DNA of 63,876 nucleotides, filler included, from Reclinomonas americana ATCC 50394 (taxonomy: Eukaryota): NCBI GenBank assembly GCA_048213135.1. It is 16 parts of 16 records of this genome, joined end to end, with 100 filler letters (N's around TTAATTAATTAA, not from the genome) between each part and the next. Parts side by side here need not be neighbours in the genome. Positions count along the whole stretch, not along the records: positions 27,521 to 35,897 come from AFZH01017858.1; positions 35,998 to 37,277 come from AFZH01017859.1; positions 37,378 to 39,097 come from AFZH01017860.1; positions 39,198 to 42,591 come from AFZH01017861.1; positions 42,692 to 46,798 come from AFZH01017862.1; 11 more parts are not named here. One strand, 5' to 3'. A program made the translations under genes and the position numbers. Below are positions 31,928 to 46,080 of this stretch, in pieces. Position 1 is the first letter of the stretch. Each line of letters starts with the position of its first letter. The notes beneath the pieces are model-generated. The model had not been told where the DNA came from, made no database searches, and was given only the letters and a program-made list of their open reading frames with translations.

Positions 31928-32470
31928 ATGCTCCCGCTTCGCCTCGTGTTCATGTGGGCTGGTGTGGGCGTGGCTGCCGTGCTCTTTGTGGCCTGCACGG
32001 TGACATACTACGTGTGGCCTCGCATGCTCGTGTGCTTTCCCAAGTGCGGATTGTGGGTCTCACAGGTCGGTCTTCTCTCCCCTCCCTCCCCTCTCGCCGT
32101 TTACTCTGTGCTCGCCATGCTGACTTGCTTTGTGGTGTATGACAGCGTGTGTGGGCGCGCACACTGGTCGACTTTGTGCGCATGTTGAATCTGCTGGTGG
32201 CGGTGGTGAGTCTCGCGACCATGTTCTGCATCTGGACGGGCTTTGGAGCGCTGCATTGGGTGGTGTCATCGCTGCTGCTGAGTGTGGCGTGGGCTCTCTT
32301 CGGCACCGTCTGGCTAATGGTGAGCGCGCGCTCGCTTGTGCGAATTCGTTGTGTTTTGTTGTTTGCTCACGTTGTCGGTGAAGGCGTCGGCGCGTCTGCC
32401 ACTGGAGCGCGAGCTGGAGCGACAAATGCAGCAGCATCAACAACAACAGCAGCAACAGCAACTGCAACAT

Positions 32471-32503
<33 letters not shown>

Positions 32504-35202
32504 TCGTCGCCGGGATCGCAGTCGACGCCTCCCGGGACGATTGTGGGTGGAGGAGCGGCCGCGGTGTCGTCATCGAACGAGGGATCGCCGACGCATCTGC
32601 TCCCGACGCCGCCACCGCCTGCCAGACGCGCTCCACCAACCAAGAAGAAGATGAGGAGAAAGGGCGGTCGACCGTACCAGCAGGTGTCGAAGCAGTCGTC
32701 GAGGTGAGGAGGCGTCACTCCCTCTCATCGTTCACCGATCCTGTTTGCCCACGAAGGTCCTCTCCTTCTTGCTGTTGCAGGTTCCACGACGGCGACGACG
32801 ACGACGACGACTCGTTCGACGATGACGACGATTGGACGGAGTTGTTGGAGCTCGATCAGGACCAGAAGGGTGGGAGGCGCGGTCGTTCGGGGCGTCGCGG
32901 TGGTGAGTCGGACGACGAGGAGATGGCGCTGGATCTGTGGTTGCCCACGGAGAAGCCACGATCGTGCTGGTCGCGTTGCGTTTGCTGCCAGGTGAATTGG
33001 TCGCGTATCAAGTGGGCGCACGTGGCGGTGTGCGTGACGGTGGTGTGCATCATTGCCGCCGTTCTCAATTACTACTCGCGAGGTCCGTTGGTGGCCACAG
33101 CCGAAGTGTTAGTCAGGAAACGTGCTAACCGAGTGTGTGTGTGTGTTGGGAGCAGGGATCTGCGTGGCCACGTACCCACTCTCCATCTCCACCACGTGCA
33201 CGAGGCAGTGGGGCGACGCTGGCGAGTGTGGCATCGGCAAAATGTGCAACACCATCCTGCTGCTCCCCGAGGATCCCGCCACACAAGCCTTGGTCACCTT
33301 CCATCTGACCGAGACGCCACTCGACGCGTTCATCGAGCTGGCCAGCGCACAGCAGGGTTTTTTTTTTGGGGGGGGGGGGGGGGGCACGGCGGCGACGGGC
33401 GTTGTTTTTCTCGACTGACTCCCTTCCTGAGCGCAGTGGACGCGGAAGAGTTGTCGATGGATGCACATGGACAATCTGGCCTTTGAGGTGGAGCGCACCG
33501 TGGTGTGGTGCACGCTGCACGATCTGCTGCCTGGCACGGTGTACAACTTCCGCGTTGGTTCGTTGATGGGATGAGCTGCAGTCACTTGTTTCTCACTCCA
33601 CACGTGCTGACAAACAAAGACTCCTGCGTCGCACAGGCTTCCACAGCATGTACATTCGAGTGGGCGAAGTCCGCTCCGAACCCCTGAAGCTGCGCACGAT
33701 GGATGCCACGGGTGTGTGTGCTCACTGCTCATTCCATCACTGTTGCTGTACACGATGCTGACGCGCACCAGGTCCCATTCGCTTCATCATGGGTGGCGAT
33801 ATGGCAATGAATGACGACGCACTGGAGCTGATGGAGCGTGCGCAGCACATGGAACCGGCCTTTGTCGGCATTGGTGGCGACCTGACGTACGCCAACGGCA
33901 TTGCGTGAGTCCTTTGCGATGGAGAATGTTACAGCGTGCGTTTTGTGTGGCACCCATCCACGCGTGCACGCACAGAACGTGCTATCGACGATGGGACGAT
34001 TGGTTCACGCAGTGGAGCAAGGTCATGGTGTCGGCCGACGGGATCATGGTACGTGCACAATGTGTGACAGTCGATGCACTGTGTTCCCGACTCACTCGAT
34101 GACCGCGCAGACTCCACTGCTGGCCTCGATTGGTAACCACGAGTCCGGTGGCTTTTGGCTGCCGCGAGACGACGTGCCGTTCTACCTGCAGTACTACGTC
34201 ACGGCCACGGACGAGACGGCGCTGCAGTCGCTTCCGGCCGCGGGTGAGTTACCGTACGACACGGTGGTGGCGTCGCGCCCGCTCTGGCATCGTCACAGGT
34301 TTGCGGCTGCGCTGTGTGCGCCGGAGTCATGTGAGCAGTGCTTGACAGATTGGTGTTTGCAGATTATCGGACCACACCGAGGTCTCTGTGCTGGACTTGA
34401 GCACGGTGGTGCACGACCAAGCGACCCAGATGGAGTGGCTCAAGGTGACTGATTTCACTCGCTGTGCGTGCTCCTCGCCACTCGCCCATGCCTCACGCCG
34501 TTTATGTGCAGCAACATGATCCGCAACGTCACAATCATCTCGCCATGTACCACGACTCGCTGTATCCATGGTGTGTGTGCCTGATTCCTCACATCGTGTT
34601 CCTCACCCGTTTGTTGCTGACACTGCTTGGCAGTGTGAGTGCCGGACCGCGCGAGGCTGATGCTCTGCTGCTGCGTGAGCAATGGTCGCCACCAATTGAT
34701 GAAGCACGGGGTGTGTTGGTGCTGCGAGTCTCTGCGGTTGTTGTTGCGCGTGTCACTGCTGACACCGTGATGCGCAGTGTCAGTGGCGTTTGAGAATCAT
34801 GTGCATGCCTTCAAGCGCACGCACAAGATCTTCGGTGGAAAGGTGAGTGGAGTTGACATGTGCATCTCTCTCGCTGTCTCTCTCTCTCTCTCTCTCTGAC
34901 GCAAGTGCGTGCAGCCGGTCCCTGATCACGAGCAAGGAACGGTGTATGTTGGCGACGGACGATGGGGCACACCGCGCTTTGTGACCAATCTGCTGCAAAA
35001 TGAGTTTCTGAACAAGACCTCCATTGACAAGTTGCGTTCTGCACAGCTGTGCCTCTCTCATTCTGACCACAACTCACACATCTGCATGTGCAGTCACTTT
35101 TGGCTGGTGGAGGCCGCCGCCACTGGAGTTCAGCTCACAGCCTACAATCTCAACGGGGACGAGATTGACGAGCTGCACGTGGCACCCAACCCTGCTTCAT
35201 AA
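31928..35202 (+). CDS. Membrane-anchored purple acid phosphatase-like metallophosphoesterase
   Basis: N-terminal hydrophobic helices, polyQ and acidic linker, further TM, FN3-like DLLPGTVYNFRV, then metal motifs FIMGGDM, GGDLTYANG, ASIGNHE, AMYH, VAFENHVHAFKRT, VYVGDG. Confidence 0.85.
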
Positions 35203-35234
35203 TGGACAATAGTTTGCTGTTTGGTAATGTTCAA

Positions 35235-37206
35235 TCAACAGAAGGAGCCGCACGAGTGGAAATCGTGCAAGTAGCCCGACTGAATCGAGTATCCGCCGTA
35301 GATCAGTAATGAGTCGCGGAAACGCCATGCCACAGCGCCGAGCCTCGGTTCTGGTGGACTGCCGATGGTGGATGCGGCGCGCCACGACATTGTGTCTGGT
35401 GGGTCGACAGTTAGCGTGCGGGACACCAAAGACTGTGCGTGATTGGCGGAGCACACTCACCGAGACTCAAGATCAGCAGGTCGTTGACACACTCGGCTCC
35501 CGTGTACCCACCAAACACCAGCACCTCGCGTCGGTCTTCCTCGTAGAACATGTTGAACGAGCCGCGCCCCGACACATGCAAGCCACCGGCGAGCGTGTGC
35601 GTGAATTGATTCGTGGACAAGTCGTAAAAGTACAAGTCATTCAACGAGTACACCAAGTCGGTGGCCACCGTCGACCGAGCCGACACATTGGTGCCGCCCA
35701 GAATGAGCAGTTTTTTCAGCTCGCGCAGGTACACCATTCCGTGGAACAGCCGTGGTGGTGGTACATCACCGGTGGGATGGAAGAGAGTCCACGTCATGGT
35801 CTCTGCCATCAGCGATCAGAGCGATGCGTACACACAGGCGGCAAACACAGACACAAACACACCCAAGTCCAGCTGGTGCAAGTCATTCAGCGCCTCGNNN
35901 NNNNNNNNNNNNNNNNNNNNNNNNNNNNNNNNNNNNNNNNNTTAATTAATTAANNNNNNNNNNNNNNNNNNNNNNNNNNNNNNNNNNNNNNNNNNNNTCT
36001 CAAAGCCGACACCCACACCCTTGCAACCCTCGCGAGTCACCGGCTCGTACTGCGACATACGACTGACCTTGTGCCAGGCACGAGTCTCTGCGCGCACCAG
36101 TGAGCGCTCGCACGTGTGGCGGCCTTGCATAACGACGACGACGACGACTCACCAGGTGTCAGCATGTACACATGGGCACTCGTTTCGCCTGGCACTGCGC
36201 TTCCGTTCACTGCACACCGGCTGCGCATCAGTACTTGTCGACTGCCAGGGAAAACCCCGAGCGACACACTCCTCTACTGACCTGCCAGCACCAAATGGTC
36301 GTTGAATTGCACTGCTGTGGAATACATGCGTTCACGAGGCTTCGCGCCACCGACTGCGTCCTTGCTCCACACAAACTGCTCCTCGGCGAGCAAATGCGAC
36401 AGCGATGAGCCCTCGGCGGCAGCGGAGGGGCCGGCCGCTGTCGACGCACCCGCCATCATGGTCTCTGTGCTGTCCACGGCCATTGGTCGCACACCCGTCG
36501 CCGCCACTGTGTGGTGAATCGTGTGAGCAAGCAGCGAGTGGGCGATGCACTCCACTGATCGCCACGCACCGGCTTGTGACAGGCGGCGAAAGTGGTGCGG
36601 CAGGAAGGAGCGAATGATCGAGGCCAGCGAGTGGTTGCGCACCAAGTGAAACGACGTCAACTTCTTGCCCGTCATCGGCGACGACGCATGTCGATCGAGC
36701 CACTCGACAATCGACGCTCGCTCATACGTAATGCCGTCGCCCACACAGATCACCGGATCCTTCATGACATTCTTGGTGATGGGACACAGGAACTCGTGTG
36801 GCACCTACACGATGTGAGCGATGAAGGAGAGAGAGGCTCGTGCGTGGAAATACAGTCGTACCTCATCATCAGGGTTCAGGAACTGTGAGAAGAAGCTCTT
36901 GGAGACGCGCGACAGACACTCCTCGGCCGCCTCGACATCGCCAGCTGTGATGGCAGTCGCATCGGACTCCTCCTGTCAGAGACAACTCCTGTTATCGCAC
37001 TGATCGACAGAAGAGAGAGAGAACGAGATGGAGAGGAAGAGAGAGAGAGAAGCGTGCATACGCGCACGCACAGTGAATCGCTCCAGCAGCGACTGCGCCA
37101 GCTTGGCCGTGTGTTCGAGTGTCGGCCGCGTCGATGACTCGGGAATATTGCGCGCTGGTGCCAGAGCTCGGTAGGCGCGAATCAATCGCTCAAACCGCTC
37201 ACTGCC
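35235..37206 (-). CDS. U-box E3 ligase with C-terminal kelch repeats (5' end uncertain)
   Basis: U-box VPHEFLCPITKNVMKDPVI...GITYERASIVEWL...SPMTGKKL...LVRNHSLASII. Kelch blades GDVPPPRLFHGM...LILGG, VLVFGGY, PEPRLG...LLIYGGY. Confidence 0.85.
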
Positions 37207-37602
37207 TACGGTTGCGCATCGACCCAGAAAGAAGGGGAAGAGAGACTTTGAGCAGGCGCGACACAATCACACAAAGGNNNNNNNNNNNNNNNNNNNNNNN
37301 NNNNNNNNNNNNNNNNNNNNNTTAATTAATTAANNNNNNNNNNNNNNNNNNNNNNNNNNNNNNNNNNNNNNNNNNNNGACGATTGCGAATTACGAACAAA
37401 GACGAGGTCGCTTGCCAAACAATATCGCAGTCCGCCCAGAAACTACTTGGGTTGACTACAAAGTGGGGGGAAGGGCGTGCCCTCTGATCGTGCACCTCAC
37501 CTTCTTTGAAGCCCGTGGCAGTCGACGTCGCATAAAAGACAAAACAAACGGTTTGTCCGTTTTCTTGTCTGATTTTGTTTCGAACACACACACGCACGAG
37601 CG

Positions 37603-38290
37603 ATGGCCAGCGCCCACAGCAGAATGATGGCGCAACGAGCGCAGGAGGACATCATGATGGCACAACAGGAGGACGACTGGGAGACGGTGAAGCGCATGCT
37701 CGCCGCCGATCCGTCGCTCATCTTTGCACACCAAGAGTTTGTCGGCACCGGCCTCGTCCACATGTGCGCAAGCAAGGGACGCGCTGACGTCTACGAGGCA
37801 GCCATGGAGGCCTACGCCAGCAGAGCGCCAGGAGACAGCGGCGCCGGAGAGCCACAAGAGACGCTGGAGGAGTTCACCAACCGCATGCTGGGATTCGCTG
37901 TGCACACGTCGGGCGACTTTGCCTCTGGCGACGGCTCCACGGTGGCACAGTTCGCCGCGGCGGCGGGCCAAATGAATGTGCTCGAGTTCATCGTCCAGCA
38001 CGCCACCAACGCGGCACAGCTGCTGTCGGTGGCCGCGCGTGATGGGACAACAGCGGCGAGCGATGCCGCTCGTCATGGTTTGTCGCAAGTGGAGAGTGGA
38101 GAGTGGAGGTGGTGGAGGCTAACAGTGTCACCTGTGTGTGCATGCAGGCTACGCGTACGAGCTGGAGTACATTGTCAAGCATGCTGAGCGTGGAGTGGAA
38201 CTGCTCAACCACCCATTCATCGCGTCGGTGGAGAGAAACGATCCCGATTCGCCAGTGGGTCGTGTGATTCGCCGACTAAAGGGTCGATGA
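37603..38290 (+). CDS. Ankyrin-repeat-like protein
   Basis: GTGLVHMCASKGRADV, GSTVAQFAAAAGQMNVLEFIV, GTTAASDAARH|GYAYELEYIV. One intron, stop 38288-38290. Confidence 0.7.
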
Positions 38291-38882
38291 GGCGCAGCGG
38301 GGAAGCGAGCCTCGAGTGGCTGCGTGTGGGGGGGGGAGGCGATCATGCTGCAGACAACAGCTTGTGTGCGGTTTTGGGAGTGAGTGAAAACAATGAAAAG
38401 AATGTATATGCACACACTCCTTCCTGGGACACAGGCTTTGGAGGAGAGGACCGATAGTGGCCAGCAGGCAGCCAGCGGGGCCGTGGTTCTCCTACAGAGA
38501 GATGGCGTCTGCCAGGTTCGAACACCGATTTTGCCTTTTTCGCTGATTGTGTGCGGTGAATCGTTTGCGGTTCTAGACCTTGCTGACGGAACAAGATATC
38601 TTACACATATGCAGGAGAAGGGACTGCAGTTCCCGGCTGTGCATGGCCGAAACGAAGCAAAATCGATCGCGCGCGCGATATCGAAATCGATGCAATTGAA
38701 ATCCTGTATCTCTTTCTCTCCAAACGCATCCCCCTTATCGATCGTCGCAATGTCCAGGTCCACCTCACGCGCAGCTACCTTCTCCGTCACCTCACCGCTA
38801 CCGCACAGCAGAGAAAAAAGTTGACCGAATCGATCAGCCGACCAACCAACTGGCCGTTATCACTGACTCCTATCCCGCGCAC

Positions 38883-40717
38883 ATGTCATACAGGTCCGCC
38901 CCTCGCTCACTGCGTCTGCGTCTGTGTTGTGGTGCTTTCTCACTGACTCAGTCTATATTGGTTGGGCGAGCAGAGTGGAGAAGATTGCAGAGGGCGGCTT
39001 CCGGTGAGCACACATTCACATTCGTTCTCTCAGTGCTCTCTTTCTCTCTCACTCACTCACTCACACTCTCTTCACAGCATCTCCTCACCTGTGATTGNNN
39101 NNNNNNNNNNNNNNNNNNNNNNNNNNNNNNNNNNNNNNNNNTTAATTAATTAANNNNNNNNNNNNNNNNNNNNNNNNNNNNNNNNNNNNNNNNNNNNGAG
39201 AGAGAGAGAGAGAGAGGATTCTGCAGAGGAGCTCATGCGCTTGTGCTTGCGTCGTAGGTTGTTGCGAACTCGGGTGGTGTGCCGACTGCGATTGGATTTG
39301 ACCTGTCGGGCATTCTGCACATCTGTGACGTCTCTCAGCAAGCGATTCGTTGCGTGCATTGGTGGTCTCCAAGCAAGCTCTCATGTGCTGGTCGTGCTGT
39401 ACTCGCCCTTCCTCCTTATCATGCTGGACTCGTCACTCTTCGTGTTGCACTCATCTCTCCCCTCGTCGTGTCGTGCTGCACTCGCCTCTCCTCTTCATCG
39501 TGTCGTGCTTTGCTCGCCTCCAAACCTTGTCGCGCCTCTTCTCCATATCGCGCTTCGCTCATCGCTCCTTCTCGTTGTGCTGCACTCGTCTTCCGTTTTG
39601 TCGTGGTGCCCTCATCGTCGCGTCATTCTACGCGCCTCTACTTCTCGTCGTGCTGGACTCATCCTCATCGTGCCACTATCACTTCTCCTCCTCGCCATGC
39701 TACACTCGCGTCTCTCTCCTTTATCGTGATGCACTCGCCTTCTTCGTCACTGGCCTTTGCTCGTTGTCACCATTCCTTGGTGTGGCCTCCCCTCGTTGTG
39801 TCGTTCATTTTCCATACTCTCACTCCCCTTTCTCTCCATTCTCTCTCCACACCAGTGACGCACGTGGGAGGCGAGCTGGCCGAGTTCGTGCGCGAGTACG
39901 AGTCGAAACCCTTCAAGGGCCCATCCGCCATGGTCATTGACTCTCGCGGCAACATTTATTTCACCGACTCTGGCCCATTTGGCGAGACCACCATCCAGGC
40001 GCCGCGTGGCTCCGTCTACGCCATCACCTGCGAGGGCAGTGAGGCACAACTGCTGCAACCGATGGCGCTGGAGTGCCTCGCGCATCCCTCCGGTGTGGCA
40101 CTGTCACCCGACGAGAGTGTAGTGTTGCGTCACGTACGCGAGTGCAGAAGGAGTGCGTTCTTGCTGTTGTGTTGACTGAGCGCACGGCAGGTACGTGTCG
40201 GAGACCAACATGAATCGCGTGCTGCGCTTCGTACAAAAGCCACACGGCGTGTTCCACTTCAGCGTGTTCTACCAGTTCTCGGGATGTGGATTTGGGCCAA
40301 CGGCACTGGCCTGCGACGCAAGTGGATCGTTGTATGTGGCACATTTTGATCCGCTGAAGGGACGCGATGACACGAGCCGCATCTCGGTGATCAGTACGGG
40401 TGAGTTTGTGTTCTGTTTTTTTTCTTGGCTCTTTTGCCTCATCACCATTGGTCCCCTGGTGCAGCCGGCGAGCGGATAGCAACAGTAGAGATTCCGGGTG
40501 GCGAGGTGACGGGCATGGTTTTCAACTCGTTGCGTAGTGTGTGTGTGTGAGAGAGAGACAGCGGAACTGCTTTGATCCTCACGCTCACGCACACTCCCGT
40601 CTTTGCAGAGCTCGCACGGAGCTGTTTGTGACCGAAGGCTCTCGCAACTGCATCTACGCGGTGACGGTACCCGGCGGTTCACAGAGCCAGAGTGCAGCCA
40701 GCAGCGGTCGCCGATGA
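38883..40717 (+). CDS. SMP-30/gluconolactonase-like beta-propeller protein (5' exons uncertain, gap)
   Basis: YESKPFKGPSAMVIDSRGNIYFTDSG, LAHPSGVALSPDE...YVSETNMNRVLRF, GPTALACDASGSLYVA, ELFVTEG. Confidence 0.8.
39390..39745. repeat. Degenerate pyrimidine-rich minisatellite (core like TCGTGCTGCACTCG) in an intron
   Basis: About ten imperfect copies spaced 20-35 nt apart. Confidence 0.65.
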
Positions 40718-41063
40718 CACGCCACGCAGACCCACCTCGCACCTCATCGCCTGCAGCTTTGCTTTCTCTCTCTCTTTTGATTCTCTGTAATCGTTCGCAA
40801 CAGTGTATCCCGTGCACGGTAGTGTTTGTGTAGCGATCCATTCGAAGGAGAGAGATGTCGCTGACGAGTACAAAGATCTCAAGGTTTCCGCGCACGCTGA
40901 TACCGAACGCAGATCGAGCGAACAGTGAGCGTTATCGGCGATTTCGCAGTTGTTTGCGAGAAGGCAAGTGCTGCTCTGGCCATACAATGCTCTCCCCCCT
41001 CTCGAGTCCTCACACCATGCTTCCTCTCAAGCAGAAGAAGTGAGAGAGAGAAAGGAAGGAAGC

Positions 41064-42884
<1,821 letters not shown>

Positions 42885-43178
42885 CAAAGGAAAAAAGACA
42901 AGCTGGTTATATTGCAGTGGTGAATTCGAATGTACACAGCTTCGATGGAGGAACTGCAATCGCAGATGACCAACAAACCCGCGCGGGTGTCTGGGACCCA
43001 GTTTCCCTCATCGTGACTCGCGCGGGCGACTCGGCTGCACCGCAGGCAGGTCCCGACCGGGACTTAATGGGTTCATCGGTGTGCACAATCTGCGAGTCGC
43101 TCGCAAATTAACTCTCAGTTTCACACCAGTCTCTCTCCCTTCTCGCGCGCAAGCACACACACACTCACTCACTCATAC

Positions 43179-44689
43179 ATGACTGCAATGGCGGCCATAT
43201 CCCTCCGCACTGATGAGGGTTTCTACGTTGGTGGTGGTGTGGGTACGTGTGCACTCTGGCGATAATGTGGGTTCCGTTTTGCGTCTCTCTCTCTCACAAA
43301 CGCACACACTCGCTCTCTGATGCACAGTGACTGGACAGATCTTTGTCAACACGCCCGTGCAGCTCAACTGCGAAGGTATGTGTGTGTGAGAGAGAAGAGA
43401 TCCGTCGTGATTGATCACTGCATGTCCTGAAACTATCATGATCATCATTGGTGCTTGCTGGTTCCCGCAGGCGTCAAGCTGAAGATCAAGGGCGAGGAGA
43501 AGGTCGACTTTGACTACTGGCACTCGTACCAGGTGCAAGTCCGTGCTGCGCACACCTCAGCCGACGGTGTGCATCACCCGGCGGTGCACGAGACACGTCG
43601 CGAGCTGCGTCATGCCCGCGCACGCCGTGACTTTATGGAGCGCAAAGAGACTGTGTTGCACATGGGAGCCCTCTTGCCGGGTATGTATGATCGACCGCTC
43701 ATCCACCCACCCACCTACCCATCTTCCGCTTGCTCATCACCTCCAGCGCAGGCCAGCATGTGATCCCGTTTCAGTTCCAACTGCCAGCCGACTGCCCCGG
43801 AGCGTTCCATTTGGGCGGCCGTCAGGGTGGCGAGCTCAACTGGTCGGCCAAGATCCACTACAAGGTCAAGGCCGTGGTCGACAGTCACATGGGCAACCTC
43901 AAGGCCACACAGACACTGGTCGTGCATGAGCGCGTGAAGCAGCAGTCCGGTCAGGCCCTCGTGAACAAGCAGGGCGCCGTGCTGTGCTGCTGCTGCATTC
44001 CACGTGGACGTTGCGTCAGCTGCCACAATCCCTTGTGTCTTTGCTCACTGGAACCACTCAACTGATGCGTGCAAGCAGATGTGTACATGGACGCGCTGTT
44101 TGACTCGCTGCACGTGTTCCCGGGTCAGCGCCTCAACATCCGCCTGCAAGTGCGCAACGACTCCAGCATGAACGTGGACCGAGTCAAGGTCAAGCTCATG
44201 CGTAACATTGTGCTCTCCGCCGACGGCCACACCATGCACCTCACCGATGTCATTGGCCCGGTGCCGAATTTCACCGGCATTCACGCTCGCGATAAGCTGG
44301 ACCAGTTGCGCCTCTTGTTTTTGCTTGCGTTCATGTCTTACTGGGTTGCTGCTTCTGCTGCTTACGCGTGTGCTGACACGCAGGCAAGTGCACCTGGACA
44401 TTGATCCGTACGTCGAGCCGGCCACTTCGCAAGGCCAGCACGTGCGCTGCGCCTTCCACGTCGACATTGAGGCCGACATTCCGTGGGCACCCGACGTAGA
44501 GATTCACCAAAACGTGGATGGTGCGTCGCGCTGTTGACGACAAATAATGCGAGAGGTCGTTCACTGACTGATGTCGCACTCGCAGTGTTGGCACCAATCC
44601 CGAGCCAATGGGGATCTCAGTTGTACGTGCCCAAGGCTGCACCACCGCAGTACACGGAGGGTGGCGGCGCCAGCGTGATCCACGCCTGA
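43179..44689 (+). CDS. Alpha-arrestin-like protein, copy 2 (tandem paralogue, PPxY tail)
   Basis: Collinear with copy 1 (GVKLKIKGEEK, GQHVIPFQFQLPADCPGAF, WSAKIHYKVKA, CCCCIPRG, ADIPWAPDVEIHQ). C-terminal APPQY. Confidence 0.87.
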
Positions 44690-44822
44690 GAGCGCTGGCG
44701 GCACAGAGTTTTCCCCGTTTCTTGTGTCGTCTTCGCACGCCCGTGTTCTTTCTATCTTTTTTGCTTGTTCGCCGCGACTAATTATGTTTCAGCAATTGAA
44801 ATCCGTCGTCAATGGGCTTGTA

Positions 44823-46013
44823 TCATCGCTCGCCCTCCTCCTCCGCTGCGCCAGTGTCGTCGTCGTCGTGAAACACGGTGAGACACATGGCGGCAAAGGC
44901 GTCCTCGCGGAACGGAAACAGCGACTCGGGCAACACGTATTCGCGCAGCCGAGGAAGCAACTGCGATCACACATGAGTTCTCCAGCGTCACTTCCAGGCC
45001 TCACACCTCGCCACACATGCTGACCTGCCGTAGCCGTGGAGCCTTCTCCTCCATTTTGGCGTCACCGAGGCGGATCGAGTAGTCCGACATTACGTTGCCG
45101 ACCATCACCAGCGATCGGTGCGGCGCAGCGTGCGCGGCCAGCACGCGCTCATACAGGAAGCACTCGCAGTGTGGCATGTAGTAGAGGATACGTGCAGGCG
45201 CCTGCTGCGCGAACACTGAGCCGTCGGTGAGCCGCGCCTGTGTGTCAACGAGAGTGTCAGCAATCGACAGCATGTATAAGATCTCCGCTAAACGCCACGC
45301 CACCTCGTCTTCCGCCGTGCGCGCCACACGAAACCCCAACTTGCCGACGACCACGGCCTCATCCACCGCACCAAAGACAGGATCAAAGAGCCACACCTCG
45401 CTCGGCGCCACCCGCAAGAAGCGAGCACACGCCACCAGAAACGCCAGCTGACACTGCCCATCGACATGCAATTGTCAAAGCTGCAGCAGCCTCAAGCACA
45501 TCATCGCACACTGACACGCACCTGCGAGTGAATCGAGCGCTCCACCGACCCAATGCCCAGACACACCACGCCCGTCACGCCGTCCGCGTGCACATGCTCC
45601 GCACAGAGCGCACAGAATGTCGACCAGTAGGCCGACGACAGCAGAGCCTCGCTGACAAGCGCACATGAGAACGGCCGTGGCGGAGGAGACAAGGCAAAAA
45701 GAGGCACACCTGCACTGTGCCAGCCGACTGCAACACCACTCCACTTGCTCCTCATGTGTGCGCTCCACAGGCTACAATGAGGATAGCGTGAGCAAGCTGC
45801 TGAGCGTGCGTGTGTCTCTCTGATGCACACCTGACGACCCTTCCTCTTCTTGCTGTTGCTGCTGCGCGTGGCCTCCTCAATCACACTGAGCGCCTCCGCA
45901 GTGAGCACAGTCGATGTCGACCCTCCAGAGGAAGACGACGAAGAAGAAGAAGAGGAAGAGGAAGCTTGCTTCTTGGGTCGGCCACCGCGACCACCATCAA
46001 TCCACTCGCCCAT
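44823..46013 (-). CDS. SRR1-domain protein
   Basis: VVCLGIGS...Q|CQLAFL, WLFDPVF, LYYMPHCECFLYERVL, MVGN, DAF...VF, matching the SRR1/SRRD motif order. Confidence 0.85.
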
Positions 46014-46080
46014 TCGTGATTGACAGTGAGAGAGTGTCAGTCGATTCGTTCTTCTGTCGCTCTTCTGTGTGTGTTGCGCA

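Noticed and set aside
38490..38530. TACAGAGAGAT resembling the U6 ACAGAGA box, and a nearby GGTTCGAA resembling a tRNA T-loop
   Set aside because: No AGC triad or U6 internal stem-loop follows, and no T-stem or cloverleaf can be formed.
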